DNA of 64,000 nucleotides from Minisyncoccia bacterium (GTDB lineage Bacteria > Patescibacteriota > Minisyncoccia > UBA6257 > JAAZHW01), in the NCBI GenBank assembly GCA_041550235.1, contig JBFEPE010000003.1, forward strand, positions 1,199-65,198, read 5' to 3'. A program made the position numbers and the translations under genes. This document shows, piece by piece, positions 47,965 through 57,271 of the stretch (position 1 is the first letter of the stretch; each line of letters begins with the position of its first letter). The notes below the pieces were generated by a model, which saw only the letters and a program-made list of their open reading frames with translations, had not been told where the DNA came from and did not search any database.

Positions 47965-48681
47965 ATGAAAAATCATTTTATAAAATCAATATTTTTTATA
48001 TCAATTATAATATTTGCTGGATTTTTAATAACAAATATCGCTACCGCTCAAAATGGCTCCGGTTTTTTTCATCTCTCTTGGGAGGCAGACAGCAAGGCAC
48101 CAGTTGAATATTCAGGCAAGAAATTAGCAACTATGAACTCCGTCATAAAGGCAAGTATTCAAGCATTTGTTTATTCTGGCGGAGTATATTTAAATCCATC
48201 CAATTGGAATTTTAAGTGGTATTTAAATGATGAATTAATAAGCGAAGGGGCAGGGATGATTGATTTTAGATTTCGTATAGAAAATTATTTATCAGATTCA
48301 TACAATGTGAGGGTTGAGATAATTTTTCCAAACGGCTCATCATCAAGTGAGGAAATAGAAATACCAATTGTTCAGCCAAAAGTTTTAATATGGCCAGATA
48401 ATGGAGATTTTACCATCAAAGAAAACTCACTTTATACAACATCAAATGAAGTGATTTTAATGACTCAAGCATATTTTTTCAGTCAAATGGATAATAATTA
48501 TAGGGCTCAATGGTTTATTGATGGGAGGTATCAATTTGTTGAAAGAGGAGAGAATTTATTTGTTGATTTGAGTGAGAAAAAAGAAAGAAATATAAAGGTC
48601 ATTTTAAGCAGTAGCAGTGATTCTCTTATTCGAAATATAGGTGAGTTAAATGTTATTTCAACTGGTGGTGGCGGTCTATAA
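47965..48681 (+). CDS. Hypothetical secreted protein (238 aa)
   Basis: Signal peptide ending '...ITNIATAQ'. Confidence 0.45.
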   Translation: MKNHFIKSIFFISIIIFAGFLITNIATAQNGSGFFHLSWEADSKAPVEYSGKKLATMNSVIKASIQAFVYSGGVYLNPSNWNFKWYLNDELISEGAGMIDFRFRIENYLSDSYNVRVEIIFPNGSSSSEEIEIPIVQPKVLIWPDNGDFTIKENSLYTTSNEVILMTQAYFFSQMDNNYRAQWFIDGRYQFVERGENLFVDLSEKKERNIKVILSSSSDSLIRNIGELNVISTGGGGL

Positions 48682-48696
48682 ATTAATTAAAATCTT

Positions 48697-48726
48697 ATAT
48701 AGCCCCCCGCGAAGGCGGGGGGCTAT
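48697..48726. repeat. GC palindrome 'tatagccccccgcgaaggcggggggctata'
   Basis: Inverted repeat. Confidence 0.75.
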
Positions 48727-48792
48727 AGGGAAAAGTAATAAATAATAAAAAACATCCTGTTTCATAATTAAATGTAAAAAAATATAATACAT

Positions 48793-49440
48793 ATGATTAA
48801 ATTTTGGAAAATTATAATAATATTTATTTTTATCAATATATTGATTCCTTCAAGTTCTGTTTTTGCTAAAACAAATTGTGTCGGTGGTGATTTTCCATTA
48901 GAAATTCCAATTTTTGGATTGGAATGTGTCTCCGGTCCAGCCGCTTATTTATCGGGGCTTTATAAAATATCCTTGGGGGCAGGTGTTTTTATTGCAGCAG
49001 TGATTATTGTTTTTGCCGGAACAAGATATGCGGCTGCAAGAGATAATGTTAATACAAAAAAGGATGCAACTTCGCAAATTTGGAGTGCATTAGGTGGCCT
49101 TGCCCTTCTTTTCGGCTCATTCGTTCTTTTGAATACAATAAACCCCCGCCTGACGGAATTAGAGGATTTAGATATCGGCGGAGATATTTCGGAAAAAGAT
49201 TTAAGAGAGATTTGGTTGAGTCAAAATTGTTATAGGATTAATACACAATATAATAAGGTGTATTGGAATTGTGTTAATAAGTCCACGAAAGATATATTTG
49301 GCTATTTAGATTATACAATCCTTTCCAATAAAATAGATAATGGTTGTGAGCAACAGGCCTTAAATGATTTAAATTCAAGGCATAAAGGAGATGAAAGGAT
49401 ATTAGCGGGCATGTGTCTCAGTAAATATGTTCAATTTTAA
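48793..49440 (+). CDS. Signal peptide plus two-TM protein, candidate VirB2/TrbC-like pilin
   Basis: Signal peptide, then hydrophobic helices 'AGVFIAAVIIVFAG' and 'ALGGLALLFGSFVLL'; architecture only. Confidence 0.3.
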   Translation: MIKFWKIIIIFIFINILIPSSSVFAKTNCVGGDFPLEIPIFGLECVSGPAAYLSGLYKISLGAGVFIAAVIIVFAGTRYAAARDNVNTKKDATSQIWSALGGLALLFGSFVLLNTINPRLTELEDLDIGGDISEKDLREIWLSQNCYRINTQYNKVYWNCVNKSTKDIFGYLDYTILSNKIDNGCEQQALNDLNSRHKGDERILAGMCLSKYVQF

Positions 49441-49448
49441 ATAAAAAT

Positions 49449-50633
49449 ATGTCAAGACAAAATATATTTATATTATCATTCGCTGGAATAATTCTCATCT
49501 TATCCATTATCATAATTTGGTGGATTTTTAGTTCTGAGAGTGAAGTGCTGAATCCGGGGCAATTATCATCGGGATTGCCCGAGCAAGAAATAGTGCTACC
49601 ATCGGCTTTGCCACAGGCAACATTGTTGCCCGAGCAGAGGCAGCAATTAAAATTAATTGCCACTGGAGACATCACTTCTTTTTGGTCTGTAGCGACAACT
49701 ACGGTTCAATATTTCAAAGAAGGAAGTGGGTTGTGGGAGGCAGAATACTTTAACCCACAAGTCCAAGAAAGCAAAATAGAATTAGGTGTTAATTTAAAAA
49801 ATGTTTTGAGTGTTTATCCTTCGTCTTTAAATAAGATATTGATTGAATATGCTCCCGAGGGCAATAATCAATCTCTTTTTTCCGTCTTGGATTTAGAAAC
49901 AAATGACTTGAAAAATTTAGATCAAAATATTTGGGCGACATCTTGGTCGCCAAAAGGAGATGAGTTGTTGTTTTATTATTCTGATAGCCCTCTTTATTAT
50001 CAAGAAGAAGAGACTCCTGAGAGTAGATATTTAGGGATAATGAATGATGATTTATCAGGCGAAGAAACAATATTCAATTTGAAAATGGCGAGGGATTTAA
50101 TTTTATCATGGATTGCAGATGATAAGATATATATAACTCAAAAACCATCTGGTTTAATAAATCAAACTTCTTTGGTCTATGACTTCAAGACAAGAACATT
50201 TGAAAATTTTTTGACAGGTAATGGCTTAATTTTGAAATGGGATAAATTGGGAAATTATGGATTGCTTTTCTTCACTCAGGAAGAGGGTAGAAATCCTTCT
50301 TTGAAATTGATAAATAAGGATGCTGTTTCGTTGGGGACATTTCCCGACATTACCCTTCCTGAAAAATGTGTTTTCTCTAATTCAGAGCCAATTCTTTATT
50401 GTGCAATATCCCAGGATATTCCGTTAGCCGCAGTTTGGCCTGATGATTATTATCAAGGGGCTTTTAATTTAAGCGAGGCAATTTACAAAATAAATTTACA
50501 GACATTTGAGGCAGAGCCATTGATTGAGCAATCTGTTTTTGAGATAAGAGGAATTGATTTAAGTCCAGATGATGCCCATCTCCTTTTCTATGATTTAAGG
50601 TCTAAGGGGCTGTATTCATTAAATGTTGAATAA
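49449..50633 (+). CDS. Hypothetical membrane-anchored protein (394 aa), possibly a beta-propeller
   Basis: N-terminal TM; no motif. Confidence 0.45.
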   Translation: MSRQNIFILSFAGIILILSIIIIWWIFSSESEVLNPGQLSSGLPEQEIVLPSALPQATLLPEQRQQLKLIATGDITSFWSVATTTVQYFKEGSGLWEAEYFNPQVQESKIELGVNLKNVLSVYPSSLNKILIEYAPEGNNQSLFSVLDLETNDLKNLDQNIWATSWSPKGDELLFYYSDSPLYYQEEETPESRYLGIMNDDLSGEETIFNLKMARDLILSWIADDKIYITQKPSGLINQTSLVYDFKTRTFENFLTGNGLILKWDKLGNYGLLFFTQEEGRNPSLKLINKDAVSLGTFPDITLPEKCVFSNSEPILYCAISQDIPLAAVWPDDYYQGAFNLSEAIYKINLQTFEAEPLIEQSVFEIRGIDLSPDDAHLLFYDLRSKGLYSLNVE

Positions 50634-50699
50634 AAAATACCCTCACGATTGCAAGGGGATATTTTTCTTAAAGAGTTATATTAAATGTTAAAAAAATTA

Positions 50700-51182
50700 T
50701 TATTCTTCTTTCCACCATTCTTCAATTGGATCTTCTTTTTTGAAATCTAATAATAAATCTTTAAGTAATGAATAGGCAGTAGTATATACAGCAATATGAA
50801 ATACATCATTTTCATTTTTGAGTTTATCTAACAATCTTAATATAACATCATAAGGCTCAGTTCCACTCATTTCATTAGTATCAGTGTCAATTATTTCTCC
50901 CGCTTCTCCCCTTATTTGAAAAAAGTAATTTTTTAATGGTCCTTTTTTAGGTTTCATTCTCCATTCCGCCAGCACTGTTTTTGATGGGTATGGTGGGAGT
51001 ATTTTTATAACTCTCACAAATCTTTTTTTTCTTTCCCTTGATAATTCTCTCTTCACTATTTCCAAAGCATCTGTCGGTGATCTAGCATTGATAATTTGTT
51101 CACTAGTGATACTTGTGTTATTATCTTTGACTATTTTATAAAAAACACGAAAAGCAATAAATACTTTTTCTACTTTTGGCAT
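50700..51182 (-). CDS. Hypothetical protein (160 aa)
   Basis: ORF only. Confidence 0.4.
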   Translation of the reverse strand: MPKVEKVFIAFRVFYKIVKDNNTSITSEQIINARSPTDALEIVKRELSRERKKRFVRVIKILPPYPSKTVLAEWRMKPKKGPLKNYFFQIRGEAGEIIDTDTNEMSGTEPYDVILRLLDKLKNENDVFHIAVYTTAYSLLKDLLLDFKKEDPIEEWWKEE

Positions 51183-51396
51183 TTTTTCCTCCTAATTTTT
51201 ATGGCCCCTTTTTATTTTTAAAAGATTTGTTTCGGTGGCAAAATCTAATCTCAACTTATCACAAAATAAAATCATGTCAAATTTTGTTAATTTAAAGATA
51301 TCGCTTATTCGGATTTTTGACGAAAAGATAGAAGGTGAGAATTAGGAATGGAATTTGATTTATATATAGTTCCTGTAAAAATATAAAACAATGGCA

Positions 51397-51430
51397 TATA
51401 TCCCTCCCTCGCCATAGGCGAGGGAGGGAT
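51397..51430. repeat. GC palindrome 'atatccctccctcgccataggcgagggagggat'
   Basis: Perfect inverted repeat. Confidence 0.8.
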
Positions 51431-51958
51431 TAAAAATAATTTAAAGATGTGATTGTTTATCTTGTAAGAAAAGGAGGGAAAAATAGGAATTTTGCCCTCT
51501 TATATTATCATTTGAGTCTCCAAATGCGAATATGGATTTTTAATTTAGGCAATTAAATGATGATATGTTATAATGCAGATATGGATAAATACACAGCAGG
51601 GAAAAAAGAGGCTATTGATAATAAAAAACTCTCGAAATATGAGTATTTTTTGCCATCGCTTATAAATAAGGGCTTTGACATTAAAAATGATAAAATATTT
51701 ATCTATCTTGAAAATGCGGCAAGACTTTTGGGCGAATTAAATTCTTATGGAGATTTGTAATACCGCCAATAGATTGGTGTCTGATTTTGTTAATCTTGGT
51801 ATTTTGATTGAGAGGACTGGCTTTTCAAGAAATAGACTTTTTGGAATGGATAGTTATATCAAATTATTTAAAGATAAATAACCCTGAACTACGAAATATC
51901 TCCTTTTTTTGACATTTTTTTGTTTTGTGTTATTATGTTTTCAGAAAAGGAGGTAAAA

Positions 51959-52699
51959 ATGAATAATGTTAAAGAAATCTTAAAAAAAGGAAGAAAAATA
52001 TTGTTGTTAAGACTGAGGGGTTTAAATAACCCCTATCATAACAGAGAGCATATTAAGAACGTAGTTAAATACTTGAAGATTCTTTTGAAAAATTTAAAGA
52101 GTGATTTTTTGACCAAGGAAGAAATAATGTTGCTAATTGAGTGTGCATGGAGGCACGATGATGGACATTGCGGGAATACATATCGCCAAGCCGTTTTTTC
52201 TAATGAAGGAATTAGCAATGAGGAATATGCCGTCGATCTAATGGAGCGGGATCTCAAAGGAGAATTGGATAAAAAATATGTTGATTTTTTGAAAAGACAT
52301 ATTTTGGCTACTTCTTTTGGTCAAGATAATTTAGAGAAATTGCCTAATGAAAAGTGGTTTAGATCGTATAAACCCGAATCAAACAGCGAGAAATTATTAG
52401 TTCTTGCCGATGTTATGGATTTTACAAGGCGATGGACATATTGGATCAATCAAGGAGTCAAATTTTCAAAAGAATCATCTCGAAAATTTAATGGTTTGGA
52501 TGATTTCCTGAAAATGGAAATAGGATTCATTGCCTATGTTAAAAAAATAATTGGTGATGCAGAATACCTGCTTTCTGATAACTTTCTTAAAAAATTAAGA
52601 AAAAAATTGGAAAAGAAAAAGATTAAAATTGAAGAGTTGATGAATAAAAATACTTCGAACAGAAATCATCTTGCCGACAGACTGAAATTGAATAAATAA
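51959..52699 (+). CDS. Putative HD-domain-like phosphohydrolase
   Basis: RBS 'aaaggaggtaaaa'; 'YHNREHIKNV' and 'AWRHDDGH' are His/Asp metal-binding-like motifs; tentative. Confidence 0.35.
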   Translation: MNNVKEILKKGRKILLLRLRGLNNPYHNREHIKNVVKYLKILLKNLKSDFLTKEEIMLLIECAWRHDDGHCGNTYRQAVFSNEGISNEEYAVDLMERDLKGELDKKYVDFLKRHILATSFGQDNLEKLPNEKWFRSYKPESNSEKLLVLADVMDFTRRWTYWINQGVKFSKESSRKFNGLDDFLKMEIGFIAYVKKIIGDAEYLLSDNFLKKLRKKLEKKKIKIEELMNKNTSNRNHLADRLKLNK

Positions 52700-53193
52700 T
52701 ATTTTTAATCAATTCGCCTGCTAGAAATGGGGGCGGATTTTTTTGTTATAAGTTTGATTATGTGTTATTCTGATATTAATCCAAAAAATAATAATATTTA
52801 TTTTATTTCTGAAAAATTTGGGAGATCTTATTATGCAATGAGATGTGTCGCAAGCAAAAATGGCAAATTTAAATGCATTACGGGGTTTATAATAGCACCG
52901 AGATTGAGGTCTAAATATATCAATACATTGGGGGATTATATTTGTTAATAAAAAAGAAGTTGTTATTAGTCCTACAACTTCCCAAAAAGGACAGGCACAA
53001 ATATACCATAAGTATATTCCCTGTTGTCAATTGAGCAAAAAGCTCAATGACTCAGCAACATATAGTCGCAAACATATTATACCACATATTTTTGAAAATT
53101 GTGGATAAATAATAAAAAATGGCATAAAATAAGGATTAATCTGGATTTTTTATCTCTTGACACATTTTTTTAAATTTAATTTATAATAAAATT

Positions 53194-54657
53194 ATGAAAT
53201 ATAAGCCGACAATTGGATTAGAAATACATATTGAATTAAAAACCAAAACAAAGATGTTTTGTGGGTGTTTGAATGACCCTGATGAAAAACATCCGAATAT
53301 AAATATTTGCCCAATTTGCTTGGCTCATCCCGGAGCATTGCCATTAGCAAATAAAGAGGCAATAAGAAATGTTTTGAAATTGGGGATGGCCCTCAATGGT
53401 AAAATAGCAAAAATATCAAAATTTGATAGAAAAAACTATTTCTATCCTGATTTGCCAAAGGGTTATCAAATTTCCCAATTTGACCTTCCATTTATTGAAG
53501 GGGCAGAATTGATAATCCCATTGCCATTAGAGAAAGGGGAGAAATATCCAAAAACAAAGAAAATAAGAATTACGAGGGTTCATTTGGAAGAGGACACAGG
53601 AAGATTGGCTCATAGCGATGATAAGAAATTTTCATTTGTTGATTTTAATCGGGCAGGAAGACCATTAGCAGAATTAGTGACTGAGCCGGATATTGAAAAT
53701 GGATATCAGGCAAAAACATTTGCTGAGGAATTTCAAAGAATTTGCCGATATTTAAATATCTCTACTGCCAATATGGAAAAGGGAGAGATGAGATGCGAGG
53801 TCAATATCTCAATAGCAGAAGAGGGAAGTAAAAAATTAGGAACAAAAGTGGAGATTAAAAATCTAAATTCATTTAAGGCAGTAGGGGATAGCATTGATTT
53901 TGAAATAAAAAGACAAGGCGATATTTTAAATAAAGGCGAGGAGGTAATTCAGGAGACAAGAGGCTGGGATGAAAATAAGAAATTGACATTTTCTCAAAGA
54001 ATAAAGGAAGATGCTCATGATTATAGATATTTTCCTGAGCCAGATTTGCCAGTGATTGAAGTAGAAAAATTATTTGATTTAGAAAAGATATCATTGGAAG
54101 TCCCAGAATTGATTGCCGATAAAAGAAAGAGATTTATGGATGAATTTGAATTGGATTTTGAGCAAGCATTCTTGTTGAGTGATGATTTGGAATTATCCGA
54201 CTATTTTGAAAAGGTTTCTTCTGAAATGGATTCTGAAAACAAAAAGATTGCTTATAATTATTTAGTTGGTGATTTAAGGGCAATGATGATAAAAAATTCG
54301 TGGGGGATAGGGGATTTAAGATTTGGGGCAGAGGATTTTGCTTATTTGATTGATTTGGTGAATGATAATAAGATTTCGTCGGCTGGATTTAAGATTGCTC
54401 TTTCTGAAATGTTTGACACGGGGGCTAATCCGGATATAATAATAAGTGAAAGAAAACTTATGCAAGTTTCTGATGATAATAGTTTGTCGGAGTTCATTAA
54501 AAAAGCGATTGATGAGAATCCTTCTGCTGTGAGTGATTTTAAGAGTGGGAAGGAAAATGCTCTTCAATTTCTTGTTGGTAAAGTGATGGCTCTTAGCAAG
54601 GGCAGTGCCAATCCCCAAGTTTTAAGAGACAAGATACGAGATGAGATTGAGGGATAG
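53194..54657 (+). CDS. gatB: Asp/Glu-tRNA amidotransferase subunit B
   Basis: 'YKPTIGLEIHIEL', 'MFCGC', C-terminal GatB/YqeY domain. Confidence 0.9.
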   Translation: MKYKPTIGLEIHIELKTKTKMFCGCLNDPDEKHPNINICPICLAHPGALPLANKEAIRNVLKLGMALNGKIAKISKFDRKNYFYPDLPKGYQISQFDLPFIEGAELIIPLPLEKGEKYPKTKKIRITRVHLEEDTGRLAHSDDKKFSFVDFNRAGRPLAELVTEPDIENGYQAKTFAEEFQRICRYLNISTANMEKGEMRCEVNISIAEEGSKKLGTKVEIKNLNSFKAVGDSIDFEIKRQGDILNKGEEVIQETRGWDENKKLTFSQRIKEDAHDYRYFPEPDLPVIEVEKLFDLEKISLEVPELIADKRKRFMDEFELDFEQAFLLSDDLELSDYFEKVSSEMDSENKKIAYNYLVGDLRAMMIKNSWGIGDLRFGAEDFAYLIDLVNDNKISSAGFKIALSEMFDTGANPDIIISERKLMQVSDDNSLSEFIKKAIDENPSAVSDFKSGKENALQFLVGKVMALSKGSANPQVLRDKIRDEIEG

Positions 54658-54685
54658 AAAAAGAGCATTAAAATCAAAACCAAAA

Positions 54686-54869
54686 AAAATCAAAATTTCG
54701 AATATCTAGAGAGTAAATAGAAACAGAGATATAATAATATCCCTCCCCCGCCTACGGCGGGGGAGGGATTATCCCGGCTTATAAACAAAGTAAAGAAATT
54801 TTAGATTTTTTTTGAAGCCATGTTATAAAAAGACATAAATTAGCCTCCCCCCGCCTACGGCGGGGGGAG
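54686..54869. repeat. Mosaic repeat region: 'aaaatcaaaatttcgaatatctagagagtaaatagaaaca' box (also at 46921-46962; partial at 2509-2535) plus two GC hairpins (54739-54769, 54845-54869)
   Basis: Shared ~40-nt box, and the 'ataataatatccc+hairpin' junction is shared with 2530-2570. Confidence 0.7.
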
Positions 54870-54950
54870 AGAAACATGCTTCTTGACAGATTATTTTAAT
54901 TATGATATAATTGCTAGGTCGAAAAATTATGAGTTATTTTATATAAAATT

Positions 54951-55163
54951 ATGAGTTTAGAAAACATGGAAGTAGATAAAGATCCTATTGTTTCAGGTAA
55001 AACAGAGGATATTGTAAAAAGTCTTGAGGAGCAAACTAAGGATGAGAAAGAAAAAAAAGTGGAGGCAGAGACAAGAAAAATTGCCGAAGAACTTGAAGGG
55101 GAATTAGAAAATATTCCTGGTGAAGAGGATGTGGAAAAGAAGATTGGTGAAATTTTAGAATAG
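54951..55163 (+). CDS. Small acidic hypothetical protein (70 aa)
   Basis: ORF followed by a strong terminator. Confidence 0.3.
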   Translation: MSLENMEVDKDPIVSGKTEDIVKSLEEQTKDEKEKKVEAETRKIAEELEGELENIPGEEDVEKKIGEILE

Positions 55164-55193
55164 AAAATGGAGCAAGAATAAAAACATCAAATC

Positions 55194-55229
55194 CTAAAAA
55201 AACCGCCCGAAAGGGCGGTTTTTTTAATA
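55194..55229. terminator. Bidirectional terminator 'aaaaaaaccgcccgaaagggcggttttttt'
   Basis: Perfect 8-bp stem with flanking A- and T-runs. Confidence 0.8.
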
Positions 55230-55430
55230 AGAGGATTCTCTTAATCCCTTCTCTAAATCTTTTAAAAATTCATCAGTATAAATATCAGTATTCTTAAAAT
55301 CATCTACAATATCCTTGATGGGATCCTTTATTTTTGAAGTAAAAAATTGGCTGGCTAAAACCTTATAGGCACGAGCCTGCTTCTTTAATTTATCATATTC
55401 AGTTTTTGATAGAGTTATTGTCTTTTCCAT
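55224..55430 (-). CDS. Small hypothetical protein (68 aa)
   Basis: ORF only. Confidence 0.3.
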   Translation of the reverse strand: MEKTITLSKTEYDKLKKQARAYKVLASQFFTSKIKDPIKDIVDDFKNTDIYTDEFLKDLEKGLRESSY

Positions 55431-55528
55431 AATGCTTATATTTTATCATAAGATATTAAAATTCTAAAATTGATAATAAGGGGGGAATTTGGTATAATTA
55501 GATAAATTAAGGAATAGATAATAACAAT

Positions 55529-56794
55529 ATGACTTATTATAAAGGCATATCAATGCTCTTATCAATTATATTAACACTTGTTTTTTCGGGACAAGTGGTT
55601 TTTTCAGCAAATTTAAATGAGCTGCAAGAACAAATCAAAGAGAAGCAATCCGCATTAGAAAAATTAGAAAAAGAAGAGGAAAAATACAATGAGGAATTAT
55701 CAAAAACCCAAACAGAAAAAAAGACATTATCAAATGAAATATATCGAATTAGAAATGAAATAAATGGATTAAACTTTAAAATAAAAGTAAATGAGGCACA
55801 AATAGAAACATTAGGATTAGAATTGAAAAAGTTAAATATAGAATCACAAAGCACAGAGGAAAAAATAGAATTAAAAAAGGTTGTTTTGGCAGAATCATTA
55901 AGAAGTCTATATGACTTAGAAAAAACAGATACAGCAATCGGCATTATATTAACAAACGACGAATTATCTGATAAAATGCTGAGCATTGAGAATGTCTTGG
56001 GTTTTGGAAAAACAATAAAGGATGATTTGGGTGAGTTAAAAGATTTGAAAAATAGACTTGAGGAACAACAAGAGGATACAAGAAATAAAAAATCGGAGAA
56101 AGAATATACAGAAAAAAATCTTATAAACAGAAAAGAAATAACATCTAATCTTGAAAAAGAAAAAGATGTCTTATTGGTGGAGACCAAAAATCAAGAAAAA
56201 AATTATCAAAATTTATTAGATGAGATAAGCAAACTTCGTGAAGAAGTAGAATCTGAAATTATCTTATTGGAAGAAACATTAAGAGCTCAAATTGACCCAA
56301 GCATGCTTCCGATGGAAATTCCCGGAATATTAGGGTGGCCAGCAGATGGTCGATTGACTCAGGGATATGGAGAGACGAAAGATGCAAAATATTTTTATTC
56401 AAGAGGAATTTATAAAAGCCCATTTCATAATGGAATTGATGTCGCCGCTTACTTAAGCACACCAATAAGAGCGGCTGAGGCAGGAGAAGTTGTCGCAACA
56501 GGAAATCAAGATAGATATTGTTATAAGGCGGCTTATGGTAAATTCGTTGTTATTCAGCATGATAATAATCTGACTACTCTATATGCTCATTTATCATTAT
56601 CTTCGGTCAAAGTTGGTGATACCGTAGAAAGAGGGGATTTGATAGGGTATATGGGCAATTCTGGGGCTTCTACGGGCTCTCATTTACATTTTTCCGTCTA
56701 TTTTAGCCCAACATTTAGGATGACGAGCAGTAAGTATTGCGGGCTAATGCCCGCCGGTGGTCCAGTAAATCCACTGGGATATTTAAAGAGGTAG
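55529..56794 (+). CDS. M23-family peptidase with an N-terminal coiled-coil (EnvC-like)
   Basis: 'HNGIDVAA', 'GNSGASTGSHLHFSVY' LytM/M23 zinc-binding motifs. Confidence 0.85.
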   Translation: MTYYKGISMLLSIILTLVFSGQVVFSANLNELQEQIKEKQSALEKLEKEEEKYNEELSKTQTEKKTLSNEIYRIRNEINGLNFKIKVNEAQIETLGLELKKLNIESQSTEEKIELKKVVLAESLRSLYDLEKTDTAIGIILTNDELSDKMLSIENVLGFGKTIKDDLGELKDLKNRLEEQQEDTRNKKSEKEYTEKNLINRKEITSNLEKEKDVLLVETKNQEKNYQNLLDEISKLREEVESEIILLEETLRAQIDPSMLPMEIPGILGWPADGRLTQGYGETKDAKYFYSRGIYKSPFHNGIDVAAYLSTPIRAAEAGEVVATGNQDRYCYKAAYGKFVVIQHDNNLTTLYAHLSLSSVKVGDTVERGDLIGYMGNSGASTGSHLHFSVYFSPTFRMTSSKYCGLMPAGGPVNPLGYLKR

Positions 56795-56813
56795 GGACAA
56801 TAATAATAAAACT

Positions 56814-57173
56814 ATGTCAAGTATTAAAAAAATAATCTTATTATCAATAATAATTATTATGGGGTGGGGGAGTGTAGCAACTGCCTCTGTTTCTGATTGG
56901 GAAAATGTATTAGATGAGGATAATTTCAAATCTATTTTGCCAACAGATATAAAAAACTCATTAGAGAAATTTGAGAATTGGCTATCAGAAAAAACAAAAT
57001 TTATAGATGAGCAAATAAATATAAAGGATAGATTAGATGATATTAAAGATAAAATTAATTTAAATAATTTAGATATAAATTTAAAGGATTTTTTTAAGAA
57101 GATATTTGATAAGTTGGTTTTGCTATCTGGTGGCATTCTTGAATTTATAAGAAAGATATTTCCAAATTTATGA
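56814..57173 (+). CDS. Small secreted hypothetical protein (119 aa)
   Basis: Signal peptide; its 3' end is duplicated downstream. Confidence 0.4.
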   Translation: MSSIKKIILLSIIIIMGWGSVATASVSDWENVLDEDNFKSILPTDIKNSLEKFENWLSEKTKFIDEQINIKDRLDDIKDKINLNNLDINLKDFFKKIFDKLVLLSGGILEFIRKIFPNL

Positions 57174-57271
57174 AATAGTCCATAGTTATTAAGATACCCC
57201 CTCCGCCTACGGCGGAGGGGGTATCAGGAAATTATAAATTTATAAGAAAAATATTCCCAAATTTATGAATA
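57144..57271. repeat. GC hairpin (57193-57225) flanked by a ~34-bp direct duplication ('tttataagaaaGatatttccaaatttatgaaata' and 'tttataagaaaAatattcccaaatttatgaataaa')
   Basis: The first copy is the end of the upstream gene, stop included; the second copy provides the galU start codon. Confidence 0.75.

Noticed and set aside
52727-52948. 73-aa ORF after the HD-like gene
   Set aside because: No RBS, odd composition, and no support. Left unannotated.
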